Assembly (NCBI GenBank): GCA_964643135.1
Contig: CAZXPC010000004.1
Span: 4,716-68,715, forward strand
Length of the DNA: 64,000 bases
Origin: an uncultured Candidatus Saccharibacteria bacterium
GTDB taxonomy: Bacteria > Patescibacteriota > Minisyncoccia > UBA6257 > Colwellbacteraceae
Reading direction: 5' to 3'
In this document: positions 8,918 to 17,909 of the stretch, piece after piece
Layout: every line of letters begins with the position of its first letter
How positions within the stretch are numbered: the first letter of the stretch is position 1
The notes under the pieces: generated by a model
Databases searched by the model: none
The model's input: the letters and a program-made list of their open reading frames with translations, nothing else
Told to the model about the DNA's origin: nothing
Made by a program: the position numbers and the translations under genes

Positions 8918-8955
8918 GGCCTAAGAATACCATATTAAGATATAATGAATCGATC

Positions 8956-9522
8956 ATGAAAATATCTCAATTGACATATGTCACGGGGAATAATTTCAAA
9001 TTCGAAGTGGCGAAAAAGGCTTTTGCTGGCTCGGGTATTGAGATAACTCAAACCAAGATGGACTTGCCGGAAATACAAAGCGAGAGCGTGGAGGAAATAG
9101 CAGGTCACTCGGCCAAGATCGCAGCGCAAAAGTTGGGCATGCCGGTTTTGGTTGGTGACGTTGGCTATTCTGTTGAAGCGCTTAGTGGTTTTCCGGGACC
9201 GTTTATAAAATATATGAATAAATGGCTAACTGTGCAGGACTGGCTAAATTTAATGCAGGGAAAGGAAAATAGAAGCATGATAATTAAAGAAGCCCTCGCC
9301 TACTGCGAACCGAATTCTGAACCCACAGTTTTTACCGGATCTTTTAACGGACTGGTAGCGCTAAAAGCTGGTCCGCCGGGCAAAAACCCGGTCAACCAAG
9401 TTTGGATACCCGAGGGCTACAATAAAGTTGAAACTGAAATACCTGAAGGAGAGTTGGTTCAGGGCTGGATAAAAACTTCCGGCCATTGGGAGAAGTTAAT
9501 AAAATATTTGAAAACGAAATAA
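8956..9522 (+). CDS. Ham1/ITPase-family non-canonical purine NTP pyrophosphatase paralog 2
   Basis: LTYVTGNNFKFEVA, KMDLPEIQSESVEEIA and VLVGDVGYSVEALSGFPGPFIKYM closely match ITPA consensus motifs. Confidence 0.8.
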   Translation: MKISQLTYVTGNNFKFEVAKKAFAGSGIEITQTKMDLPEIQSESVEEIAGHSAKIAAQKLGMPVLVGDVGYSVEALSGFPGPFIKYMNKWLTVQDWLNLMQGKENRSMIIKEALAYCEPNSEPTVFTGSFNGLVALKAGPPGKNPVNQVWIPEGYNKVETEIPEGELVQGWIKTSGHWEKLIKYLKTK

Positions 9523-9525
9523 AGG

Positions 9526-10077
9526 TTATCTAGGGTTTTTATAGATCCTGTATTCGATAATTTTCCTGACTACTCCCCTAGAGTTAGCCTTGTCATATTC
9601 CTCATAAACTTTGGCCCCCATTGATTCTGGGATTTTTCGGCTCGCAATATTCTCAGGCATAACTGGATAGCGAAGATAATCATAATTTATGTTGGTATCC
9701 GCCCAATCTTTTAAGGCCGCCATCGTTTCCCGACCATATTTTTTACCGTGGGCTGATTTCTTGATCCAGATGCCGAGCTCCGGAGTTGGGGTATCAACAT
9801 CGTGCAACCCTCCGCAACCGATAAACTCACCCGTTTGTTTATCAGTGATAACTATTTGTAGGTCTTTGCCAGCCGCTAAATCTCTGAGGGAATTATTTAT
9901 AAAGTTATCAGTAACAGATATATCCCCTGAAGGCTGAGGGAACATGTGGGTTGCGATTTCCTCTGTAAATTCACGGAAAATATCCTCGCGATAGATCGGG
10001 GAAATCGGAGCCAAGAGCAAATTAGCGGTTTCGATCCTGGAATCTAATAAGTTGAGTTTTTCTTTCGGGGTTTCCAT
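9526..10077 (-). CDS. GNAT family N-acetyltransferase (RimJ/RimL-like)
   Basis: 183 aa; GNAT motif A region around GCGGLHDV...GIWIKKSAHGKKYGRETMAAL. Confidence 0.65.
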   Translation of the reverse strand: METPKEKLNLLDSRIETANLLLAPISPIYREDIFREFTEEIATHMFPQPSGDISVTDNFINNSLRDLAAGKDLQIVITDKQTGEFIGCGGLHDVDTPTPELGIWIKKSAHGKKYGRETMAALKDWADTNINYDYLRYPVMPENIASRKIPESMGAKVYEEYDKANSRGVVRKIIEYRIYKNPR

Positions 10078-10085
10078 ACATCAAC

Positions 10086-11387
10086 TTATCTTTTCAGAAT
10101 ACTCTTAGTTTCGCCTAATAAATCCTCTGCTGAGACTTCGATTTGGGTTTTGTGGACCATGTCTTTGATCTGAATTTTGCCGGATTTTATTTCTTTGGGG
10201 CCGATGATAACGACAACTGGGTATTCGTTTTTCACGGCATAAGCCAGCTGACCCTTAAAGGTATCTTCCTTGCCTAAATATATTTCGGTATTGATGTCTG
10301 CATTTCTTAATTGAGTCGCGGTTTGCTGCACAGTCGAAGCTGACGAGCCATCGAAATTCAAAATCAAAACATCGGCGATTTTGGCCTGCTTTTTCAGCTT
10401 GCCAAGCTTTTCCAGGGCCGCAAACAGCCGATCAACGCCGATTGAAGCGCCGACTGCCGGCAAATTTTCATTGCTAAACTTGCTGATTAGCCCATCGTAG
10501 CGGCCGCCGGAACAAATACTGCCAATCTCGGGGATGTCAGTTAAGATAGTTTCGAAAACCATACCGGTGTAGTACGCCAGCCCGCGGGCAATTGAGAGGT
10601 CGATCACATAATTTTCTTTCGGCACGCCAAGGTGCTCCAAGGCGTTCACGACTTGAAGCATTTCAGCTGAACTAGTCTCTGGGTCAGATATCAATTCTTT
10701 GATTTTGGCCGCTTGGGTTTTAGCCAGTCCTAGGCTTTCGAGGTCGGTAGTCACCTTAGCCCAGCCGAATTTGTCTAACTTGTCGATGACGCGAAAAATA
10801 TCGTCTAGGTCCGGGCTCTTAGCCTTTTCTGAACCGCTTTCAGCAATTAGTTTAGCTAAAACTCGGCGATCACCGATTCGGATCTTAAAATTATCAACGC
10901 CCAGGGCTTTGATGGCAGAATACATGAGCGCGATGATTTCGGCGTCGGCCATGAGACTCTCTGAGCCAACAATGTCGGCATCGCACTGGGTAAATTCTTT
11001 GTAGCGGCCCATCTGCGCGCGCTCGCCGCGGAAAACTTTGCCAATTTGATAACGCTTAAAGGGCCGGCCGAGGTCAGATAAGTTGGCGGCTACAACCCGG
11101 GCCAGGGGCACGGTTAAGTCGAACCGCAGGGCTAGGTCCGAGACATCGCCATCTTCCCCTCCTCCCCGCTTGGCCAACCTAAAAATCTGTTTATTAAATT
11201 CTGGGTCGCCGCCGGTTAGGATTTCTTCGCGTTCAACAATCGGCGTGTCGAGCGGCACAAAACCGAACCGCTCAAAAACTGCGCGAATCGTGTCGAGCAT
11301 CTTTTGCCGCGGAATCATTTCCCCGGGAAGATAGTCCCGGAAACCCGACGCTAAAACTGGTTCGATCCTTTTATTCTTATTGGCCAT
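10086..11387 (-). CDS. hisS: Histidine--tRNA ligase
   Basis: Class II aaRS motifs and HisRS-specific patterns (GFRDYLPGE, RYDGLISKF, GASIGVDRL); start placed at internal Met MANKNKR (11387), overlapping the upstream receiver gene stop by 11 nt. Confidence 0.9.
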   Translation of the reverse strand: MANKNKRIEPVLASGFRDYLPGEMIPRQKMLDTIRAVFERFGFVPLDTPIVEREEILTGGDPEFNKQIFRLAKRGGGEDGDVSDLALRFDLTVPLARVVAANLSDLGRPFKRYQIGKVFRGERAQMGRYKEFTQCDADIVGSESLMADAEIIALMYSAIKALGVDNFKIRIGDRRVLAKLIAESGSEKAKSPDLDDIFRVIDKLDKFGWAKVTTDLESLGLAKTQAAKIKELISDPETSSAEMLQVVNALEHLGVPKENYVIDLSIARGLAYYTGMVFETILTDIPEIGSICSGGRYDGLISKFSNENLPAVGASIGVDRLFAALEKLGKLKKQAKIADVLILNFDGSSASTVQQTATQLRNADINTEIYLGKEDTFKGQLAYAVKNEYPVVVIIGPKEIKSGKIQIKDMVHKTQIEVSAEDLLGETKSILKR

Positions 11388-11847
11388 TGCTTTCGTGATC
11401 TGGCTTGATCTTGCTGATCTCTGCGTTAATGCCGTCAATTAAGTCGCCCTTGTGGATTTCGGCTAGAATTTTCTTGGTTAATTCCGGCAAATTGTCCAGG
11501 TCTTTGGTCTTGTCTAGAAAAGTTACAGCGCCAAGCTCCTTCGCAAAACTTTCATTTTCGACCGAAACTCCCGGCCAGGGAATAGCGAGGCTTGTCAGAA
11601 ACGCGACGTGGATGTCTTTGAGATCGGGGTCGTTTTTATAATCGAGCAGGGCTTCGGTGCCGTTGATGCCGGGCATGCGGATATCCATCAAAACCAAATC
11701 CGGCTTTATTTTTCGAGCCTTGATAAAAGAAGTTTCGGCGTCGATTGCAGTTTCAACCTGAAAGCCGGCGGCCTCGAGGCGCATTTTGGAAATATCGAGC
11801 AAATCCGGCTCGTCATCAACGACGAGTATCAGCGGGGGCGTGTGCAT
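11377..11847 (-). CDS. Single-domain response regulator receiver (CheY-like)
   Basis: LILVVDDEPD...LVLMDIRMPGINGTE...K receiver signature; no output domain. Confidence 0.8.
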   Translation of the reverse strand: MHTPPLILVVDDEPDLLDISKMRLEAAGFQVETAIDAETSFIKARKIKPDLVLMDIRMPGINGTEALLDYKNDPDLKDIHVAFLTSLAIPWPGVSVENESFAKELGAVTFLDKTKDLDNLPELTKKILAEIHKGDLIDGINAEISKIKPDHESNGQ

Positions 11848-11870
11848 AAACTAATAATACCACAAGAAAC

Positions 11871-12272
11871 TTAGCTAAGCTCCTTCATCAGCCGGCCTAC
11901 GTGGTCGATAATTTTATCCATATCATCGGTTTTTCTAATGTAATCCACCGCGCCTATTTCTTCGGCAAATTTGTTGTCGAGCCAAGCTTGGTTTTCCTTA
12001 GCTTCTCCATAGCTGGTTAGGAAACAAACCTTAGTATCTTTGATATCCGGATCGGTTTTGATTGCGGTTACGGCTTCGACGCCGTTCATGCCCGGCATTT
12101 CCATATCTAAGAGCACCAGATCCGGTTTCTGGGATCTAATCATAGCAATGCCCTCTTCGCCGCCCGAAGCGGTGATAACTTTGTAGCCGGCCGCGCCGAG
12201 TTTCAAAGAAAAAATCTCCCGGAAATCGGCGGTGTCGTCTATGACTAAAATGGTTTTTTGTTGATCGGCCAT
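11871..12272 (-). CDS. Single-domain response regulator receiver (CheY-like)
   Basis: ILVIDDTADF...LVLLDMEMPGMNG...K; no output domain. Confidence 0.8.
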   Translation of the reverse strand: MADQQKTILVIDDTADFREIFSLKLGAAGYKVITASGGEEGIAMIRSQKPDLVLLDMEMPGMNGVEAVTAIKTDPDIKDTKVCFLTSYGEAKENQAWLDNKFAEEIGAVDYIRKTDDMDKIIDHVGRLMKELS

Positions 12273-12339
12273 AATGGAATTGAGTATACGATATATAGTA
12301 TATAGGAAAGTTTAATCAAAAAAAAGTGGAGCGGCGAGG

Positions 12340-12513
12340 GACCTGCTTCTCCCCGCCTCTCCCGCTCCCCGGCCCCTCTCCCTCAGGAACCAGGATAATC
12401 CCGCCTCCAAACTCTCTTCCGCCCCTCGGAACCAGGATATTTTTTCTACTGAAAAAATTCCCTACCGCTCGGCTACCCGCCTCCGCAGTTTCCTCAGAGC
12501 GAAACCGAGTTCT
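12340..12513. repeat. Dispersed intergenic repeat, module I (tandem partial copy plus a full 114-nt copy at 12400-12513)
   Basis: 12400-12513 is nearly identical to the reverse complement of 47757-47870 and related to 47572-47635; a shorter direct copy of the ggaaccaggata core lies at 12370-12399. Confidence 0.8.
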
Positions 12514-12569
12514 CGGCTCTGTAGAGGGAGCTTAGAGTAGTAGGAAGAACCTCCAAACTACTCTGAGGA

Positions 12570-12697
12570 GCCTCTCGGAGACGCGTAGGCGTCGAGAAGA
12601 AGAAAATCTAGCAAGATTTATCTGTGGTGACGAAGGGTAGTTTGGGGTTCTGACACGGGAGAGTGGCAAGAGGGATGATATAGCTGGGGGCGCAGAT
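12570..12697. repeat. Dispersed intergenic repeat, module IV
   Basis: Shares gcgtaggcg.cgag...gaagaaaat...gatgatatagctgggggcgc with 52250-52364; the 20-mer gatgatatagctgggggcgc is identical at 12674-12693 and 52345-52364. Confidence 0.65.
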
Positions 12698-14526
12698 CAG
12701 GCTAGCGGCAGAGAGAAGCTGAAGGTTGAGCCTTGGCCTTCAGCGGACTCCACGTAGATCGTGCCGTTCATTTTCTCGATGATTTGCTTCACGATAAAGA
12801 GGCCGAGGCCGGTGCCGCTGATATTGGCTGTGTCTTTGGTCGCGACTCGGTAGAATTTGGTGAAAAGCTTAGCCTGAGCATCCTTCGAGATTCCTAAGCC
12901 GTGATCTTTGATATGAGTCACGAGATTCTTTTCGGTCGTTTCGTGGCTAATCTCAATCGAACCATTACCGACCGTGTACTTAATAGCGTTGCCGATTAAA
13001 TTGACGAGCACTTCGCGGACGCGGCCATTGTCGGCCATGACAGCCGGGGTGGGCGTAAGCGGTGTGTAGACCATCTTGATCCCCTTCTCATCGGCCAAAG
13101 GTTTCAGCTCGCTCAATGTTTCATTTACAACCGGGACAATATCGGTTTTAACCACATCCACTTTGATTTTCCCGGCATCTGACCGGGCCACTTCGAGCAA
13201 ATCTTCAACAAGCCTGATGAGGCGCGCGTTGGCATTCAAAACTTTGGTGATGAATCCTTTGACTTGGTCGGAGACCGGTCCGGCCAGGCCGTCGTTGATG
13301 ATAGACAAGTAGCCCTTAATCGCCGCAACTGGAGTTTTAAGCTCGTGCGCAGCGATGAAAACGAATTCGTCTTTCAAGGCCTGCAATTGCTTGAGGCCCT
13401 CGGTCATTTTGTTGAAGGCGAGCCCCAAGTCTTCGATTTCGTCCCCGGTTTTGATAGTAACCGGCTCATCGAACTTGCCTTTAGCAACGGCTTCGGTGCC
13501 GGCTTCGAGCTGCTGGATCGGACCGACAATTTTATTGGTCAGTAAAACGCTTAAAAGCAAAACGAGAACAAAAACGATCAAAGAAAATATTATGATCTGC
13601 ACTTCCAGCGCAACCAACACTGAATCGGCGTCGGCGCTCGGCCATTCGGCCACTATGCCCCAACCCAAGCCGGTGATATTTGTGCCGGCGGCGATAACCG
13701 GGAGGCCGTTCAAGCTGACATATCTTTGAGTGCGCGCCGTCGAGAGGGATCCCCGGCCGGAGAGAATGTCTTGCGTGATCGGCGAACTACTCAAATTGTC
13801 CGGCAAGTCGCCGGCCCTCAGGCCTTTGCCGATCACGCGGCCGCTTTGATCAAAAATATAAACATAGCCTGTTTTGCCGAGGGCGGCGCTCTGCGCAATT
13901 CGATTCACGGCGGTTAAATTCAATTCAGCGCTCAAAATAGAAATGGCGCAATTGGCTGCGTTCCGGACCGGAGCCGCAATCGTGACCGCGGGGCCGCTGG
14001 CGTTAAAATAGACCGGCCCGATGTAGTCATAATTTTGATTGCCGGCTTCGCTCTTGCAGTTATCCGCACCTGCAAGCGCGGCGGAAACTTTTTTAAAACT
14101 TTCTAAGTTGCTTTCATCGCGCAACTCGGGAGTTTGGCCCAACTTTTGATAGGCCCGGCTGACTCGCGAGATTTCGCGGCCGGTATTAATGTCTATAAAA
14201 GAGGCTTCCTCGATGGCAGAATTGGCATCGATAAGTTGATTCAAGAGAATGCCTCTGGTTTCAGCGGTGAATTCTTTGTCCAGGTCGCTCACGGTCACGA
14301 CGAGTTCGAGATTGCGTTTGGTCTCATCGATGAACCGGTTCACCTCCTGTATTTTCTCGCTGATTAAGTTACTTTCGATCGAGGCGACGCTCTCGTTGTG
14401 CGACTGAGTCACAAAATAAAGGGCGAACAAGCCAGCCAAGATAACGGGCAAGACGCCTATGCCGAGCATCATTAAGAGGATTTTTTTGTGCAACCGGCCG
14501 CCTAACTTGAAAGACTTTTTATCCAT
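12697..14526 (-). CDS. Sensor histidine kinase with periplasmic sensor domain and HAMP
   Basis: 609 aa; N-terminal TM, large extracytoplasmic domain, second TM, HAMP (NKIVGPIQQLEAGTEAVAKGKFD), HisKA (AAHELKTPVAAIKGY), HATPase_c (GTGLGLFIVKQIIEKMNGTIYVES). Confidence 0.85.
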   Translation of the reverse strand: MDKKSFKLGGRLHKKILLMMLGIGVLPVILAGLFALYFVTQSHNESVASIESNLISEKIQEVNRFIDETKRNLELVVTVSDLDKEFTAETRGILLNQLIDANSAIEEASFIDINTGREISRVSRAYQKLGQTPELRDESNLESFKKVSAALAGADNCKSEAGNQNYDYIGPVYFNASGPAVTIAAPVRNAANCAISILSAELNLTAVNRIAQSAALGKTGYVYIFDQSGRVIGKGLRAGDLPDNLSSSPITQDILSGRGSLSTARTQRYVSLNGLPVIAAGTNITGLGWGIVAEWPSADADSVLVALEVQIIIFSLIVFVLVLLLSVLLTNKIVGPIQQLEAGTEAVAKGKFDEPVTIKTGDEIEDLGLAFNKMTEGLKQLQALKDEFVFIAAHELKTPVAAIKGYLSIINDGLAGPVSDQVKGFITKVLNANARLIRLVEDLLEVARSDAGKIKVDVVKTDIVPVVNETLSELKPLADEKGIKMVYTPLTPTPAVMADNGRVREVLVNLIGNAIKYTVGNGSIEISHETTEKNLVTHIKDHGLGISKDAQAKLFTKFYRVATKDTANISGTGLGLFIVKQIIEKMNGTIYVESAEGQGSTFSFSLPLA

Positions 14527-14533
14527 AGACTAA

Positions 14534-15274
14534 TTAAAAAACTCCCATTAGCTTCAGCGACTTCTGGTCGATATAGTTAGTACTAAGCGGTTCGCGGCGG
14601 CCCGAGCCCATGATGTCGTTAGTATAAGGAGCGTTGGTTAAGATGTCGTAACCCTCCGGCAGGCCCATCGAGTGGCCGAATTCGTGGTAAAAGAGCGCGG
14701 ACCGGTTGAGCGCATATTCATCGCGCGTAATAAAATCTCGCGAGAGCAGGAGGCTGCCTTCGGTACCCGCTGCGCCGACTCCCTCATAAATTATCGCGAT
14801 GTCGCGGAAGGCGGCCGGGCCGGTTGAAGCGGCGAAAGTTGGGTCGTAAAGATCGCCATCGGGGTTAAAAGCGCGAGATTCTAATTCCAAAGTGCCTGAA
14901 ACAAGCGCGTGCGGGTTGCCGCGGGCGGTGTCGGCGGTGTCATAAAATGAATCGGCTTCTCTAAGGATAACCGGACGGTCAAAAATTTTGGCGTGGATCA
15001 GCGACCGGCCCAGGAATTGAGTATTGTGAAAATCACTGACTTCTTGAAGCGTCTTTTCCAAGTTTGATTGAATAACCGCAAAATCTGACGGCGCCTGATT
15101 CTTGGGCACGGCATAAAAAACATAAAGATCGATGTCGGCGAGGCTGGTCTGGGGATTGTTATAGACATGCGCCGAGGCCGAAGTAACTTTCGGCGGCCAC
15201 AACAAAGTCGGCAAAATCAATATCACGGCCAGAGCGACGATCGCGGCAGCCAACCAAACATAGGTCTTATTCAT
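14534..15274 (-). CDS. Membrane-anchored zinc metalloprotease-like protein (HExxHxxGxxE)
   Basis: N-terminal TM helix; HEFGHSMGLPEGYD zinc-binding motif. Confidence 0.5.
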   Translation of the reverse strand: MNKTYVWLAAAIVALAVILILPTLLWPPKVTSASAHVYNNPQTSLADIDLYVFYAVPKNQAPSDFAVIQSNLEKTLQEVSDFHNTQFLGRSLIHAKIFDRPVILREADSFYDTADTARGNPHALVSGTLELESRAFNPDGDLYDPTFAASTGPAAFRDIAIIYEGVGAAGTEGSLLLSRDFITRDEYALNRSALFYHEFGHSMGLPEGYDILTNAPYTNDIMGSGRREPLSTNYIDQKSLKLMGVF

Positions 15275-15286
15275 AACCGGCCAAAT

Positions 15287-17902
15287 TTAGAGAGAATATT
15301 GGGCTTTGAGCTGGATCAGTTTGCGGCGGGTGTAGGAACCAATGAATCCGGAGCCTTGAGAAAGATTGGCCGGCGTCAAAACTTCGGCGCGGTATTTCTC
15401 TTGGAGCTTTATTGCGGCGGCTTGGGTCAGTCTGCCGAAATAGCCGCTCACCAAACCCTCGGGGTAATCACCATCTTTAATCAAGATCTGCTGGAGTAAT
15501 TTAACGTCTGACCCTGAGGCGCCGAGCGACAAGTTTCGGCCGAAAGTCCCGGCGATCGCGGCCGCGCTTCCGGAAGTTAGGCTGACTTGAGCGGTGTTAG
15601 TCGATTCATTACCGGCCGGGTCCACGGCGCGCACCAAGTAATAATAAACAGAACCTGGCGGGACAGCAGTGTCGGTCGCTGTGTTAACGGTAATTTGCGG
15701 GAAGATAACGCTGCCGGTCATGCCGGAAACGGAACTGCGGTAAACCTTGGCGTGCCTAAAATCATTTTTAGGATTAACCCAGGCGAGCAAGATGCTAGAG
15801 CCTACTCGGGTCGCGGTAACGGCGGTTGGCGCATCCGGCGGAGTAACGTCAGCCGCGCCGATTAAAGCAAACCTGGTCAAGTGATCGACGTGAGCAACAA
15901 TCTGCTTATTGGCCGTGTCCAGAGTGAAATTGGTAATCTTGACCCAGACGTTCGCTGTGTCGCTGAAATAGCTGGGGGTAAGATTCTGGGGAGTAAGATT
16001 GAGGCTCGCGAGGGTGGCATCGTCGTATGGGAAAGTGATGTCAATAGTTTTCGAAAGAGCATGAATTTCCGCGCCGGCCTGATCTTTAAGAGTCACGTCA
16101 TAAGCTAAACCGACAACTTGAGAAGTTGAGGTCTTCGGCGCTTCAACGGTTGGCTGGACATTCAGAGTAGCGCTGGCGGTCGAAGTAACAGCGGCCGGCG
16201 GAACATCAACTTTGGCGCCGTTCGATAAAGAAACATTGGTTTCCTGAGCGGCTGATGTTTGCACGCTCTTAGCTGCCGGGAGTTCGGCTGATATGCGCTG
16301 CAAGTCGAGCTCGATATTAGAGACTGTCGCGTTGCTCACCCTAACCTCGATCTCGTTTGAACGATAACCAATAAGATTCACAGTTTTGCCGGCGTTGAGG
16401 TGCCAGGTGGAGTTGCCGTGGATCTGGAAAGAGAAACTGCCGTCCGCGCCGGTTTGAGTTTTGCCCGCTGAATTATCCGATGACCAAATGTATATCAAGG
16501 CGAAGGGTGCGGGCGAACCATCGGGGTAGACAACTCGGCCCTGCAAAAGGACTTGAGTTGTTTCGGTCGGCTGAGTCGAAGGTTGAGTCGAGGGCTGAGT
16601 GCTTGGTTCGGTGCTTGGCTGGGTGCTCGGAGGCGGAGGCGGCGTGGTTGAGCTGGTAGAAATGGTGACGGTGAAATTTACTGTAGAGGTTTGAGAGGTG
16701 TTACCGGAGAAACTGACATTCTGGGCACCTGAAACATTAGATACTGACCAGGTGGCTGTAGAAATCGGACTGGCGCTAACTTGCCAGCTACCATTTGTAA
16801 CAGTTAATGAATAGCTTCCGTCTGCGCCAGTTCGCGCGGTTACTGCGCCGGAAGCGGAATTATAGGCTCGGACTTCGGCGTCTGTTACGGCGGCCCCGTT
16901 AGAGAAAGCTACCCGGCCGTAGATAGTGTTAGTGACTGCCGCCGCGTCGAGGGTGGTAGCGGAAGCTGAGACTGTTGATGATGTACCGGCGGAATTAGTC
17001 GCTGATACATAATATGCATAAGCTGTGCTCGCTTGTAAATTATTATCTGTGTAGTCAGTGCTCGTTATCGAATTAGAAAGTAATTGAGTACCTCGGTATA
17101 GGTTATATGTAACTGATGAACCTGACGAAGGAGGATTCCAGGATAAATGAATTGATGTGGAGGATGTAGCTCCTGCTGCAAAGTTTTGCGGTACCGACGG
17201 AACAGTCGGACTAGGATTCGTATTGGTGCCATTATTTATAGCATTGGAGACAGAAACATGCACTTCTGACGAGTTTGTATTCCCAGACGAATCTCTCGCA
17301 ACAGCAGTTACGGTATGAGATCCATTAATAGTTGTTGTAGTATCCCAGGAGGTTTGATAAGGAGAAGTAGTATCTTCTGCTCCGAAATTAATTCCATCGA
17401 TCTTAAACTGGACACCGGCCACGCCAGCATTGTCGCTAGCATTTGCTGATAAAGTCACTGTGCCTGAAATTGTACTGCTATCACTTGGAGAGGTAATAGA
17501 GATTGTCGGCGGCGTTGTATCAGCTTGACCGCCAGTACTTATGGTGCCACCTGTGTTAAAGTGATTGGACCCATAGCCAGTTTCGTTATTTGTGGCTGTA
17601 GATGAAGCCGTAAAATCGTATCTTGTCGACGCTGTTAAACCAGCCAGATCGATACAGTGTTGGAGAACATTTGTTTGCGTTCCAGTTATATCACAACGGA
17701 CGTTGGTGCCTTGTTGAGGGCTTAAAGTAATCGAAGAATTTGATGCCACATCGGTATCCCAAGTGACCCTAGCTGATGTACCAGTAATATTGGTGACTTG
17801 GATATTGCTGATGTTCGGTCCAGCCGCAAGCGCTTCCCTGATCAGAAAAAACACTGACAGCACTGTTAATAAAAACGCAAAAGGCTTTTTAATATAAGGC
17901 AT
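15287..17902 (-). CDS. Large secreted surface protein: Fn3/Ig-like repeats, carboxypeptidase-regulatory-like domains, Thr/Pro/Ser/Gln linker, C-terminal PG_binding_1 domain
   Basis: Signal peptide; TTPPPPPSTQPSTEPSTQPSTQPSTQPTETTQ linker; C-terminal GSDVKLLQQILIKDGDYPEGLVSGYFGRLTQAAAIKLQ, typical of putative peptidoglycan-binding domains. Confidence 0.7.
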   Translation of the reverse strand: MPYIKKPFAFLLTVLSVFFLIREALAAGPNISNIQVTNITGTSARVTWDTDVASNSSITLSPQQGTNVRCDITGTQTNVLQHCIDLAGLTASTRYDFTASSTATNNETGYGSNHFNTGGTISTGGQADTTPPTISITSPSDSSTISGTVTLSANASDNAGVAGVQFKIDGINFGAEDTTSPYQTSWDTTTTINGSHTVTAVARDSSGNTNSSEVHVSVSNAINNGTNTNPSPTVPSVPQNFAAGATSSTSIHLSWNPPSSGSSVTYNLYRGTQLLSNSITSTDYTDNNLQASTAYAYYVSATNSAGTSSTVSASATTLDAAAVTNTIYGRVAFSNGAAVTDAEVRAYNSASGAVTARTGADGSYSLTVTNGSWQVSASPISTATWSVSNVSGAQNVSFSGNTSQTSTVNFTVTISTSSTTPPPPPSTQPSTEPSTQPSTQPSTQPTETTQVLLQGRVVYPDGSPAPFALIYIWSSDNSAGKTQTGADGSFSFQIHGNSTWHLNAGKTVNLIGYRSNEIEVRVSNATVSNIELDLQRISAELPAAKSVQTSAAQETNVSLSNGAKVDVPPAAVTSTASATLNVQPTVEAPKTSTSQVVGLAYDVTLKDQAGAEIHALSKTIDITFPYDDATLASLNLTPQNLTPSYFSDTANVWVKITNFTLDTANKQIVAHVDHLTRFALIGAADVTPPDAPTAVTATRVGSSILLAWVNPKNDFRHAKVYRSSVSGMTGSVIFPQITVNTATDTAVPPGSVYYYLVRAVDPAGNESTNTAQVSLTSGSAAAIAGTFGRNLSLGASGSDVKLLQQILIKDGDYPEGLVSGYFGRLTQAAAIKLQEKYRAEVLTPANLSQGSGFIGSYTRRKLIQLKAQYSL

Positions 17903-17909
17903 GCTTATA

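Noticed and set aside
12326-12535. 69-aa Pro/Ser-rich ORF inside the 12.3-12.7 kb spacer
   Set aside because: Falls entirely within dispersed repeat modules whose other copies occur in both orientations and different frames. It is repeat sequence, not a gene.
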